NCBI GenBank assembly: GCA_030629295.1
Contig: DAOVPH010000001.1
Coordinates: forward strand, 1-26,276
Direction of reading: 5' to 3'
DNA from: Candidatus Latescibacterota bacterium
GTDB lineage: Bacteria > Latescibacterota > MVCY01
DNA length: 26,276 bases
Positions within the stretch are counted from its first letter, which is position 1; every line of letters starts with the position of its first letter. This document shows, one piece after another, positions 1 through 8,223 of the stretch. The position numbers and the translations under genes are program-made. The notes beneath the pieces were generated by a model, which was not told the origin of the DNA, did not search any database, and saw only the letters and a list, made by a program, of their open reading frames with translations.

Positions 1-322
1 CCTGGGGGATATTGGGATTCATTTTCCCCCCTCGGATCCAAAGTTCAAGGACATCTCCAGTCTTCTGCTTCTGGAACAAGTGGTGGATTTGTTGCGGGAG
101 AGATCTGCTAAGGTGGTGAATATAGATTCTACCATCATTGCCGAAAGGCCTGCGCTTGGCCCGTATCTTCCTCTGATGGTTCACAATCTGGTTCGTGTCC
201 TGCAAATTGGGCCTGAGTGGATATCCATTAAGGTTACCACCGCCGAGGGATTGGGAGCCTTGGGAAGAGAGGAGGGAATTGCTGCTGGGGCAGTGGCTTT
301 GGTGGAGCAACAGGAGCGGTAG
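1..322 (+). CDS. ispF: 2-C-methyl-D-erythritol 2,4-cyclodiphosphate synthase, 5'-truncated by the window edge
   Basis: Frame from position 2 reads LGDIGIHFPPSDPKFKDISS...NIDSTIIAERP...KVTTAEGLGALGREEGIAAGAVAL, matching IspF motifs GDIG.HFP and GR.EGIAA; stop TAG 320-322. Confidence 0.93.
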   Translation, partial: LGDIGIHFPPSDPKFKDISSLLLLEQVVDLLRERSAKVVNIDSTIIAERPALGPYLPLMVHNLVRVLQIGPEWISIKVTTAEGLGALGREEGIAAGAVALVEQQER

Positions 323-324
323 AA

Positions 325-1335
325 TTGAAAATAGTCGTGCTTATGGGCGGTGATTCCGCCGAAAGAGGAATATCCATAAGTTCTGGAACAACAATCGGGA
401 GAGCGTTAAGAGCAGCCGGTCACCAGGTGGGTTTGATCGATACAGCCTTCAAAGATACGCAGGTTTTGTCGAACACTCTCAATTCAGCGGAAGAGCAAGA
501 CCTGCTTTTTTACTCCGGCCAGGTGCTGGATGTTGTCCGAATGCCTGTGGTAGCGGAGGCAGATGTAGTGTTTTTGGCCTTTCACGGGGGTGCTGGAGAA
601 AATGGGGGTATCCAGAGCCTGTTGCAGATAGCAGGAATCACTTACACCGGGTCAGGGCCGCTGGCAAGCGCACTGGCTATGAATAAGCATGTTTCCAAGA
701 TGATGTTCCGTCAAGCGGGGGTGGAAACCGCTTCCTGGATTGTTCTCTCTGATGAAGGTTTGGGGCAGCTTTCGAGCATTGCCGAAAGAGTTGAGAGTGA
801 GCTGGGACTCCCCTGGGTAGTCAAACCTAATGCCCAGGGTTCAACCATAGGGTTGACTGTTGTGGAGCGTCGGGAACAATTAGCCCCAGCTCTGAAATTG
901 GCCAAAGAGTACGATCAAGAGGTAATAATCGAGAAATATATCCCCGGCAGAGATTTAACAGTGGCCATTTTGGACAGGGAGCCTCTGCCAGTGATCGAGA
1001 TCATCCCCAAGCATAAGGTTTACGATTACACCTGTAAGTATACCCAGGGAATGAGCCAATATGTTGTCCCCGCGGAGATCTCCCCCGCGCTGCAGAGGAA
1101 AATCAGCTCCCAGGCCTTGAGGGCCTATCGGCTGCTTTATTGCAAAGGATATGGGAGGGTGGATTTTCGCCTCAGTGCCGAGGGGGAGTTGTTTTGCCTG
1201 GAGGTAAACACGCTGCCAGGAATGACCCAAACCAGTCTGGTTCCCAAAGCGGCCCAAGCCGCCGGAATCGGGTTTCCCGAATTGGTAGATAGGATAGTTA
1301 AGCTGGCCATTCAAAGAACGGGCAGTGTCCCGTGA
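325..1335 (+). CDS. ddl: D-alanine--D-alanine ligase (ATP-grasp)
   Basis: Motifs GG.SAER, FHGGAGENG, YTGSG..ASALAMNK, VVKPNAQGSTIG, YDYTCKY, RVDFR, EVNTLPGMT; TTG start with AGGAG at 312-316. Confidence 0.9.
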   Translation: MKIVVLMGGDSAERGISISSGTTIGRALRAAGHQVGLIDTAFKDTQVLSNTLNSAEEQDLLFYSGQVLDVVRMPVVAEADVVFLAFHGGAGENGGIQSLLQIAGITYTGSGPLASALAMNKHVSKMMFRQAGVETASWIVLSDEGLGQLSSIAERVESELGLPWVVKPNAQGSTIGLTVVERREQLAPALKLAKEYDQEVIIEKYIPGRDLTVAILDREPLPVIEIIPKHKVYDYTCKYTQGMSQYVVPAEISPALQRKISSQALRAYRLLYCKGYGRVDFRLSAEGELFCLEVNTLPGMTQTSLVPKAAQAAGIGFPELVDRIVKLAIQRTGSVP

Positions 1336-1367
1336 CCGTTGAGCGCCTTGTCGGTCTGCTGCAGCAC

Positions 1368-1426
1368 GAGCCGAAGTTTCCAAGCTTCGCAGTGTCTCTT
1401 GATCGAGCTTTGGAAAGCTCGGCTAC
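1368..1426. repeat. Inverted pair of REP-like hairpins (BIME-like)
   Basis: 1368-1389 GAGCCGAAGTTTCCAAGCTTCG on +; 1404-1426 reads GTAGCCGAGCTTTCCAAAGCTCG on the minus strand. Each unit folds on itself and the two units are imperfect inverted copies. Confidence 0.7.
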
Positions 1427-1462
1427 GAAGCTCAATCTGTTCTGGTAAAGGATTCGGGTTAC

Positions 1463-1494
1463 CAATCGTCAATCGCCAATCATCAATTACCACG
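1463..1494. repeat. Degenerate 7-bp tandem repeat upstream of cysS
   Basis: CAATCGT CAATCGC CAATCAT CAATTAC then CACG. Confidence 0.65.
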
Positions 1495-1506
1495 GGAAGT
1501 GTCCCA

Positions 1507-2991
1507 ATGCTTCAACTCTACAATACTTTAACCAGAAGAAAAGAGGCATTCAAGCCCATCGAAGAGGGCAGAGTGGGGATTTATGTCTGTGGCCCTACTG
1601 TTTATGACCATGCCCATCTTGGCCACGCTAAAAGCTATGTCAACTTCGATGTGATTGTCCGGTATCTGCGTTACTTAGGTTACCGGGTTCGCTATATTCA
1701 GAATATCACCGATGTGGGACATCTATTGGACAGCGGTGAGGACAGGGTTCTGAAAGGGGCGGCCAGGGAGCAGGTGGAACCTATGGAGCTGGTGGAGAAG
1801 TACACCCGGAGTTACTTTGAGGATATGGATGCCCTTAATGTGGACCGCCCTGATATCTCTCCCCATGCCAGTGCTCATATTCCCGAGCAGATTGAGCTGA
1901 TTCAGAGATTAGTTTATAAGGATTATGCTTATGAAGTCAATGGTTCGGTATACTATTCGGTGGAGAAGTTTCTTGAGTATGGAAAGCTTTCCGGCCGACG
2001 GATTGAAGAATTAAGAGAAGGTACAAGGATAGAGTCCAATCCAGAGAAGCGGCACCCGGCTGATTTCGCCCTCTGGAAGCGGGCTCAGCCTGGACATATC
2101 ATGCGCTGGACCAGTCCCTGGGGATGGGGTTATCCTGGCTGGCATATTGAATGCTCTGCTATGGCTATGAAGTATTTGGGAGAGAGTTTTGATATCCATG
2201 GGGGTGGGGTGGAGAATATATTTCCTCACCATGAGTGCGAAATCGCTCAAAGTGAAGCAGCCACGGGAAAGCCCTTCGCAAAATATTGGTTACACAATGG
2301 GATGGTGATGATAGGCGACAGCGAAATGCACAAATCCTTGGGGAATTTCGTCAGTCTCAAGGATTTGTTTAAGACCTATCCTCCTATAGCCTTGCGATTT
2401 TTTATTCTCAGCAGCCATTACCGCAGCCCTTTGGATTTCAGTGATGAAGCCATTTCCTCTGCTGCCAAAGGATTGGAGAGACTACAAAATGCACTGTTTA
2501 ACATTGTCATAGCTTCGGAGGCAACAGAGGCGGATGTGGCAATAGACGAGAATAAATCGCTGGATCAAGAGAAGCAGTTGTTAGTGGAGGTAGATACCGC
2601 CGAACGAAAATTTCAACAGGCGATGGATGACGACTTCAATACTGCTCTGGCTCTTAGCCAGTTATTTGATCTGACCAAGCAGGCAAATGTGGCTGCCCAG
2701 ATGGAACCATCCGTTTCCCAGCAGACACTGTTAAAAAAGGCAAAGGAGAAAATAGAGAAGATCGCTGGAGTGCTGGGTTTGCAGTTAGAAACTGGGGAGA
2801 TGGATAGATCAGAAGACCGTACAGATGAATTAGTGAGCCTGTTGGTGAAATTGAGAGAAGAATTGCGCCGCGATAGGCAATGGGGATTAGCCGACAAGAT
2901 TCGGGATGGTCTGAACAGACTGGCGATTGCAGTGGAGGACCGTCCTGGTGGTGTGGTGTGGAGGTGGACAGGGAGCAAAAAAAATTCGTAG
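1507..2991 (+). CDS. cysS: Cysteine--tRNA ligase
   Basis: [10 protein letters not shown] start, [15 protein letters not shown] (HIGH), [33 protein letters not shown] and a KMSKS-equivalent [11 protein letters not shown] 1507 fits the family N-terminus. Confidence 0.97.
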   Translation: MLQLYNTLTRRKEAFKPIEEGRVGIYVCGPTVYDHAHLGHAKSYVNFDVIVRYLRYLGYRVRYIQNITDVGHLLDSGEDRVLKGAAREQVEPMELVEKYTRSYFEDMDALNVDRPDISPHASAHIPEQIELIQRLVYKDYAYEVNGSVYYSVEKFLEYGKLSGRRIEELREGTRIESNPEKRHPADFALWKRAQPGHIMRWTSPWGWGYPGWHIECSAMAMKYLGESFDIHGGGVENIFPHHECEIAQSEAATGKPFAKYWLHNGMVMIGDSEMHKSLGNFVSLKDLFKTYPPIALRFFILSSHYRSPLDFSDEAISSAAKGLERLQNALFNIVIASEATEADVAIDENKSLDQEKQLLVEVDTAERKFQQAMDDDFNTALALSQLFDLTKQANVAAQMEPSVSQQTLLKKAKEKIEKIAGVLGLQLETGEMDRSEDRTDELVSLLVKLREELRRDRQWGLADKIRDGLNRLAIAVEDRPGGVVWRWTGSKKNS

Positions 2992-3008
2992 ATTTTTTAA
3001 TTTTTTCC

Positions 3009-3037
3009 TTGACAAATAGAGAATGGATATTTATATT
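3009..3037 (+). promoter_or_regulatory. Sigma70-type promoter for the tRNA-tuf cluster
   Basis: TTGACA (3009-3014), 17-bp spacer, TATATT (3032-3037), an upstream T-rich tract, 17 bp before tRNA-Thr. Confidence 0.8.
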
Positions 3038-3054
3038 AGGAGTTTGCGAATTTC

Positions 3055-3128
3055 GCCGATGTAGCTCAGTTGGCCAGAGCGGCTCACTTGTAATGAGCAA
3101 GTCGGGGGTTCGAGTCCCTCCATCGGCT
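3055..3128 (+). tRNA. tRNA-Thr(UGU)
   Basis: Acceptor GCCGATG/CATCGGC, anticodon arm GCTCA-CTTGTAA-TGAGC, T-loop TTCGAGT; CCA not encoded. Confidence 0.95.
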
Positions 3129-3132
3129 CTGC

Positions 3133-3214
3133 GGAGGGGTTCCCGAGTGGCCAAAGGGGGCAGACTGTAAATCTGTTGGCGACGCCTTCGGAGGTTCGAA
3201 TCCTCCCCCCTCCA
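3133..3214 (+). tRNA. tRNA-Tyr(GUA)
   Basis: Acceptor GGAGGGG/CCCCTCC, anticodon loop CTGTAAA, long variable arm, T-loop TTCGAAT; followed by CTA rather than CCA. Confidence 0.95.
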
Positions 3215-3268
3215 CTATTCTGGAGGGCCCGCAGTTTCCAAATTTGCTCAGTAGTTATCCATGTGAAG

Positions 3269-3432
3269 AGATTCTGTGAAAAATCGAATCTCGCAGGGCA
3301 TCTTATCGCAATCAACCGAATTCGAATCAGACCGTAGAGGCATGAACCGGCCTCAATGTAGAGACGACCCGCCGGGTCGTCTCTGCGATATATTCTCTTC
3401 GCCATTCAATAGCCCATTTTTCGACAGAATCT
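3269..3432. mobile_element. MITE-like element (164 bp) with TIRs, 4-bp target duplication and internal REP hairpins
   Basis: Left end AGATTCTGTGAAAAAT (3269-3284); right end ATTTTTCGACAGAATCT (3416-3432), whose reverse complement is AGATTCTGTCGAAAAAT. GAAG flanks both sides (3265-3268, 3433-3436). No ORF. Confidence 0.75.
3358..3386. repeat. GTAG-type REP palindrome
   Basis: GTAGAGACGACCC-GCC-GGGTCGTCTCTGC: 13-bp stem with one G-T pair, 3-nt loop; near-identical copy at 16895. Confidence 0.85.
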
Positions 3433-3462
3433 GAAGAAGCGGTAAATAAACTTGTGGGAGAG

Positions 3463-3538
3463 GCGGGAGTAGCTCAGTTGGTAGAGCATCAGCCTTCCAA
3501 GCTGAGGGTCGCGGGTTCGAACCCCGTTTCCCGCTCCA
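3463..3538 (+). tRNA. tRNA-Gly(UCC)
   Basis: Acceptor GCGGGAG/TTCCCGC, anticodon arm TCAGC-CTTCCAA-GCTGA, encoded CCA. Confidence 0.95.
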
Positions 3539-3540
3539 GC

Positions 3541-3616
<76 letters not shown>

Positions 3617-3756
3617 AACTAAATGTAGCAGTCAAATTTTGCAAAATCTCTAATGGTCGGAGTCCTCAGTTCAAGAGAACATTTCAAACGGGGATTCCTG
3701 CTTGAAATCAATTAAAGAACAGAGATATCAGTCAAAAAAGGAGGGAGTGACCCAAA

Positions 3757-4956
3757 ATGGCTAAAGAGAAGTTTGAACGGACCAAACCCCATGTTAATAT
3801 TGGGACGATAGGCCATGTAGATCATGGTAAGACCACCTTAACTTCGGCGATATCGTTGGTGCTGTCCAAAAAAGGAGGGGCTGATTATATAGCCTACGAT
3901 CAGATAGACAAAGCACCAGAGGAGAAGGCGAGAGGGCTTACTATTCAGCTTTTCCATGGAGAGTATGAGACTGAAAATAGGCATTATGCCCATATCGACT
4001 GTCCTGGCCACCGGGATTACATAAAGAACATGATCACTGGGGCCGCTCAGATGGATGGGGCCATTTTGGTGGTTTCGGCCGCCGACGGACCTATGCCACA
4101 AACCAGGGAACACATATTGTTAGCCCGGCAGGTGGCAGTGCCGGCTATCGTGGTTTTCCTGAACAAGACCGACCAGGTAGATGACCCAGAGTTATTAGAC
4201 CTGGTGGAGTTGGAAGTCAGGGAACTGCTCAGTGAGTACGAATTCCCAGGTGACGAGGTGCCAGTGCTGAAAGGCTCAGCTACTGAAATCCTGGCCTGTG
4301 GGTGTGGCAAGGAAGACTGTCCGAAGTGCAGGGTAATCCATGAACTAATGGAGGCTGTGGATACCTACATACCCACCCCCGTGCGGGATGTAGATAAACC
4401 ATTCCTTATGCCTGTAGAGGATGTGTTCAGTATTACAGGCAGAGGGACCGTTGGAACCGGCAGGGTCGAGAGAGGAAGAATAAAAGTTGGGGATGATGTG
4501 GAAGTAGTTGGGGTTAAACCGACCAGGAAGACAGTCGTCACCGGAGTGGAGATGTTCCGTAAGCTGTTGGATGAGGCTCAGGCCGGCGATAATGTGGGTT
4601 TATTGTTGCGGGGAGTAGAGAAAGACGAACTAGAGCGAGGGATGGTAGTAGCCAAACCGGGCAGCATCACCCCACACAAGAGATTCAAAGCGGAGGTTTA
4701 CGTGCTGACCAAAGAGGAAGGTGGACGACATACCCCCTTCTTCAACGGCTATCGCCCTCAGTTTTACTTCCGAACTACCGATGTGACCGGAGAGGTCCGT
4801 CTGCCCGAAGGAGTGGAGATGGTTATGCCTGGTGACCATGTGAAGATGGATGTGACCCTGATTACATCGATAGCAATGGAAAAAGAGCTTAGATTCGCCA
4901 TACGAGAGGGAGGTAGTACTGTCGGAGCTGGTGTTGTCGGTGAGGTGATAGAGTAA
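3757..4956 (+). CDS. tuf: Elongation factor Tu
   Basis: [53 protein letters not shown]; 399 aa. Confidence 0.99.
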   Translation: MAKEKFERTKPHVNIGTIGHVDHGKTTLTSAISLVLSKKGGADYIAYDQIDKAPEEKARGLTIQLFHGEYETENRHYAHIDCPGHRDYIKNMITGAAQMDGAILVVSAADGPMPQTREHILLARQVAVPAIVVFLNKTDQVDDPELLDLVELEVRELLSEYEFPGDEVPVLKGSATEILACGCGKEDCPKCRVIHELMEAVDTYIPTPVRDVDKPFLMPVEDVFSITGRGTVGTGRVERGRIKVGDDVEVVGVKPTRKTVVTGVEMFRKLLDEAQAGDNVGLLLRGVEKDELERGMVVAKPGSITPHKRFKAEVYVLTKEEGGRHTPFFNGYRPQFYFRTTDVTGEVRLPEGVEMVMPGDHVKMDVTLITSIAMEKELRFAIREGGSTVGAGVVGEVIE

Positions 4957-5106
4957 ATGAGAGAGTTGGCAACCTTGGCCTGCGGAGAATGTAAAAGACG
5001 AAATTATACCACCACTAAAAACCGTCAACTTCATCCTGACAGGATTCAGCAGAAGAAATATTGCCCTTCTTGTAGAAAACACACCTTACATAAAGAGACC
5101 AGGTAA
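4957..5106 (+). CDS. rpmG: 50S ribosomal protein L33 (zinc-ribbon form); absent from the ORF track
   Basis: My translation: [49 protein letters not shown] (49 aa, two CxxC); starts directly after the tuf stop. Confidence 0.96.
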   Translation: MRELATLACGECKRRNYTTTKNRQLHPDRIQQKKYCPSCRKHTLHKETR

Positions 5107-5113
5107 AATGCAC

Positions 5114-5190
5114 AGGCCTGTAGCTCTAACGGATAGAGCATCGGACTCCAAATCCGAGGGTTGGGGGTTCGAATCCCTCCAGGCCTGCCA
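5114..5190 (+). tRNA. tRNA-Trp(CCA)
   Basis: Acceptor AGGCCTG/CAGGCCT, anticodon arm TCGGA-CTCCAAA-TCCGA, encoded CCA; usual position between rpmG and secE. Confidence 0.95.
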
Positions 5191-5211
5191 TTTTTATCTA
5201 AGGATATAGAA

Positions 5212-5397
5212 ATGTTAAAAAAAACCATTACCTTCCTAAAAGAGGTAAGATTAGAAATGGGGAAGGTGAATTGGCCTACAAAGGATGAACTGTTCGCCTC
5301 AACTTGGGTAGTACTGCTCTTTTCTGTGATAGTTGCCCTGGGAGTTTGGGCATTTGATTTATTTTTCTCGAGAGTTCTGAGAATCATATTAGGATAG
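5212..5397 (+). CDS. secE: Preprotein translocase subunit SecE
   Basis: FLKEVRLEMGKVNWPTKDEL followed by one hydrophobic helix; ATG 5212 (the ORF-track start lies inside tRNA-Trp). Confidence 0.93.
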   Translation: MLKKTITFLKEVRLEMGKVNWPTKDELFASTWVVLLFSVIVALGVWAFDLFFSRVLRIILG

Positions 5398-5409
5398 GTG
5401 AGATACCGA

Positions 5410-5952
5410 ATGGCAAAGTACTGGTACGTAGTCCACACTTTTTCCGGACACGAAAACAAGGTTAAGAAATATTTAGACAATTTGGTGGATAGCTCCGGGC
5501 TAAAAGATAAAGTTAGCAGAGTCATTGTGCCCACTGAAAAAATCGCCAGGATGAAAGATGGCAAAAGGGTTATTGCAGAGAAACGATTTCTCCCCAGTTA
5601 TGTGCTGGTGGAGATGGAGATGGACAAAGAAACCTGGTATGTGGTAAGAAATACTCCTGGAGTGACCGGTTTTGTAGGAGCAGGTAAGAGGCCGCAGCCA
5701 TTGAGGGAACAGGAGATCAAGCGCATATTTCAACGGTTGGATGAGGGTAAAGGAGAACATCCTCAAGCCATCAGCTTAAAGCCAACAGACTCTGTTAAGG
5801 TGATAGATGGGCCATTCGAGGATCTCTATGGTGTAGTGGAGGAAATCAATCCCGAAAGAAGGAAAGTCAAAGTAATGGTGAGTATTTTTAGCAGATCGAC
5901 ACCGGTCGAATTAGATGTCTTACAGGTAGAGAAAGTCCAGGTGAAGAAATAG
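5410..5952 (+). CDS. nusG: Transcription termination/antitermination factor NusG
   Basis: WYVVHTFSGHENKVK, FLPSYVLVEM, RNTPGVTGFVG, KOW motif VKVIDGPF, SIFSRSTPVEL. ATG 5410 preferred; GTG 5398 is an alternative. Confidence 0.97.
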   Translation: MAKYWYVVHTFSGHENKVKKYLDNLVDSSGLKDKVSRVIVPTEKIARMKDGKRVIAEKRFLPSYVLVEMEMDKETWYVVRNTPGVTGFVGAGKRPQPLREQEIKRIFQRLDEGKGEHPQAISLKPTDSVKVIDGPFEDLYGVVEEINPERRKVKVMVSIFSRSTPVELDVLQVEKVQVKK

Positions 5953-5962
5953 GTTTTTGCTG

Positions 5963-6079
5963 GTAACAGTTTAGCCACAAAGACACTAAGACACTAAGAC
6001 ACCAAGATTAAATAAATCTTTCGATTCCATTTTACTGGTATTTCCTTTGTGTCTTTGTGCCTTAGTGGCTAAATACTTA
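5963..6079. mobile_element. Foldback element of 8-bp repeat units flanked by a 9-bp direct repeat (candidate MITE)
   Basis: Left arm TTTAG CCACAAAG ACACTAAG ACACTAAG ACACCAAG (5970-6006); right arm CTTTGTGT CTTTGTGC CTTAGTGG CTAAA (6045-6073); TTTTTGCTG at 5954-5962 and 6080-6088. Confidence 0.6.
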
Positions 6080-6114
6080 TTTTTGCTGTTCTATTTTGGT
6101 AAAGGAATATCGAT

Positions 6115-6540
6115 ATGGCAAAGAGAGAGATTGGCAAGATAAAACTACATATATCAGCTGGCAGTGCCAACCCTGCGCCGCCGGTTGGGCCGGCGCTGGG
6201 GCAATATGGTGTGAATATTATGGAGTTTTGCAAGCAGTTCAACACCAAGACCCAATCTCAGAGCGGATTTGTTATACCTGTGGTAATAACTGTTTATGCA
6301 GATCGTAGTTTCTCCTTTATCACCAAAACCCCTCCAGCCTCAGAGCTGTTGAAGAAAGCTGCCGGCTTAGAAAAAGGCTCTGGTGAGCCCAATCGAAATA
6401 AAGTTGCAAAACTCAAGGCCGAAGAGATAAAGAAAGTGGCCGAGACAAAAATGGTCGATCTTAATGCCTCCGATATTAACTCAGCAATGCGAATAATTAT
6501 GGGAACTGCCCGGAGCATGGGGATTGAAGTGGAAGGTTGA
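6115..6540 (+). CDS. rplK: 50S ribosomal protein L11
   Basis: [37 protein letters not shown]. Confidence 0.99.
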   Translation: MAKREIGKIKLHISAGSANPAPPVGPALGQYGVNIMEFCKQFNTKTQSQSGFVIPVVITVYADRSFSFITKTPPASELLKKAAGLEKGSGEPNRNKVAKLKAEEIKKVAETKMVDLNASDINSAMRIIMGTARSMGIEVEG

Positions 6541-6546
6541 GTAGTT

Positions 6547-7251
6547 ATGAAAAGAAGTAAAAGATATAACCAGGGCATAGCTGCTTTTGATAGGATGGCC
6601 TATTATGAGCCGATGAAAGCTATTGAGTTCTTAGAGCAGTTGCCTAAAGCTAAATTCGACGAGACGGTAGAGGTAGCCTTCAACCTTGGAGTTGACCCCA
6701 GGCATGCTGACCAGATGGTTCGGGGAACAGTGGTGCTGCCCCAAGGCACTGGCAGAAAGATTACGGTCCTGGTGTTTGCTAAGGGAGAAACTGAGAAACA
6801 GGCTAAGGAAGCAGGGGCAGATTATGTGGGAGCCGATGAATATATTCAAAAAATCTCTGAGCAGGGGTGGATCGAGTTCGATGTAGCCATAGCTACCCCG
6901 GATATGATGAGTAAGGTAGGGAGATTGGGAAAAATCCTTGGCCCTCGAGGCCTGATGCCAAATCCCAAAAGCGGTACAGTCACTTTCGATGTTGCCAAGG
7001 CGGTAAAAGAGGCCAAGGCGGGAAGAATCGAGTTCAGAGTGGACAAAACCGGTAACTTACATGCTTCTATCGGGAAAATATCCTTTACCCCCAAACAACT
7101 CCTGGAAAACTTACATGCTCTTCTGGATGCTGTGGTGCGTGCAAGACCTTCGGCCGTTAAGGGGCAATATATTAAATCTATAACTTTATCCACCACTATG
7201 GGCCCAGGAATCAGCTTAGACAAACAGGCGGCACTGGGTATGTTAAAGTAG
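6547..7251 (+). CDS. rplA: 50S ribosomal protein L1
   Basis: [44 protein letters not shown]. Confidence 0.99.
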   Translation: MKRSKRYNQGIAAFDRMAYYEPMKAIEFLEQLPKAKFDETVEVAFNLGVDPRHADQMVRGTVVLPQGTGRKITVLVFAKGETEKQAKEAGADYVGADEYIQKISEQGWIEFDVAIATPDMMSKVGRLGKILGPRGLMPNPKSGTVTFDVAKAVKEAKAGRIEFRVDKTGNLHASIGKISFTPKQLLENLHALLDAVVRARPSAVKGQYIKSITLSTTMGPGISLDKQAALGMLK

Positions 7252-7260
7252 GACTTCATA

Positions 7261-7785
7261 ATGACAAGAGAAGAGAAGCAAAAAGAGGTTGCTTACTTAT
7301 CGAAGCTGTTCTCCTCTTTTAAGGGAATATATCTGACTGACTTCACTGGTTTAAATGTAGAGTTACTCACCAGTTTAAGGCGCAAGCTCAGGGACTGTTC
7401 TATTTCATACCGGGTAGTTAAGAACACCTTGGCGGCTCAGGCGGCTAAACAAGCAGGTCTGGATGAATTGATGGAGTTCATAGAAGGCCCTACGGCGTTA
7501 GCTTACACCGATGGTGACCCAGTGATGCCGGCAAAGGTTATCTCTGAATTTCTGGAAGAGGGGCAGCGTCCTCGTCTCAGGGGTGCCTCAATAGAGGGTC
7601 AACTATATACTGCAGAACAAGTGGCCACACTCGCTACCCTACCCTCTAAGGAGGAGTTGCTGAGTGAGATTCTCTGGGGAATTAGTTCACCTATTTGTGG
7701 TTTAGTAACGTCTCTTCAGTCGATTTTACGAACCTTGGTAACTACCCTTGATGCAATAGCTAAGCAGAGAGAACAAGAGACTTAA
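7261..7785 (+). CDS. rplJ: 50S ribosomal protein L10
   Basis: [31 protein letters not shown]; position between rplA and rplL. Confidence 0.97.
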   Translation: MTREEKQKEVAYLSKLFSSFKGIYLTDFTGLNVELLTSLRRKLRDCSISYRVVKNTLAAQAAKQAGLDELMEFIEGPTALAYTDGDPVMPAKVISEFLEEGQRPRLRGASIEGQLYTAEQVATLATLPSKEELLSEILWGISSPICGLVTSLQSILRTLVTTLDAIAKQREQET

Positions 7786-7824
7786 ATCTTGGATATTTTA
7801 AAAGTAATTTAAAGGAGGAAAACA

Positions 7825-8223
7825 ATGCCAGTAAAAAAGGGAACTAATGTGAAGACGATTGTAGACTCGATAAGCAATCTGACAGTCCTGGAGCTTGCGG
7901 AGTTAGTTGACGTGTTGCGGGAGAAATTTGGAGTCCAAGCAGTTGCCCCGGTGACGCAAACAGCAGCCCCTACCGCTGAGGCAGCAGAAGCTGCCCCTAA
8001 GGCGGAAGAGAAAACCGAATTCGATGTAATCTTGACCGGGATTGGGGACAAGAAGATTCAAGTGATTAAAGTGGCGAGAGCACTTACTTCTCTTGGATTG
8101 AAGGAAGCAAAGGCCCTGGTAGATTCTGCCCCTAAGCCATTAAAAGAAGCGGTATCTGAGGCAGAAGCTGAAGAGGCGAAGGCAAAGCTGGAGGAAGTAG
8201 GGGCAACAGTAGAAATTAAATGA
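7825..8223 (+). CDS. rplL: 50S ribosomal protein L7/L12
   Basis: [17 protein letters not shown], Ala-rich hinge, [17 protein letters not shown]; RBS AAGGAGG. Confidence 0.99.
   Translation: MPVKKGTNVKTIVDSISNLTVLELAELVDVLREKFGVQAVAPVTQTAAPTAEAAEAAPKAEEKTEFDVILTGIGDKKIQVIKVARALTSLGLKEAKALVDSAPKPLKEAVSEAEAEEAKAKLEEVGATVEIK

Noticed and set aside
325-1335. ddl as a Van-type D-Ala-D-Lac ligase
   Set aside because: The omega-loop Tyr (KY) is retained and no vanH, vanX or vanRS genes are nearby.
1311-1493. Minus-strand 60-aa ORF and the 56-aa N-terminal extension of cysS from 1339
   Set aside because: Both are read-throughs of the REP pair and heptamer repeats; the CysRS family N-terminus begins at ATG 1507.
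2976-3006. A-run/T-run after cysS as an intrinsic terminator
   Set aside because: The stem is only A-T pairs; more likely an AT-rich UP region of the tRNA promoter.
3208-3227. CCCTCCA/TGGAGGG pairing between the tRNA-Tyr 3' end and its trailer
   Set aside because: Only 7 bp and it competes with the acceptor stem; no evidence of function.
3255-3263. TTATCCATG as a DnaA box
   Set aside because: Two mismatches to TTATCCACA, isolated, and no oriC context.
3634-3708. ATTTTGCAAAAT palindrome and ATTTCAA/TTGAAAT hairpin in the tuf leader
   Set aside because: Short and AT-rich, single copy, with no supporting motif.
5114-5190. T at position 14 of tRNA-Trp
   Set aside because: It can be read as a 5-bp D-stem (GCTCT/AGAGC), and I recall similar D-arms in other bacterial tRNA-Trp genes; not clearly unusual.
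5161-5211. ORF-track extensions of secE (5161), rplC (19427) and pfk (24546)
   Set aside because: They overlap tRNA-Trp, rpsJ and a REP respectively; downstream ATGs match the family starts.
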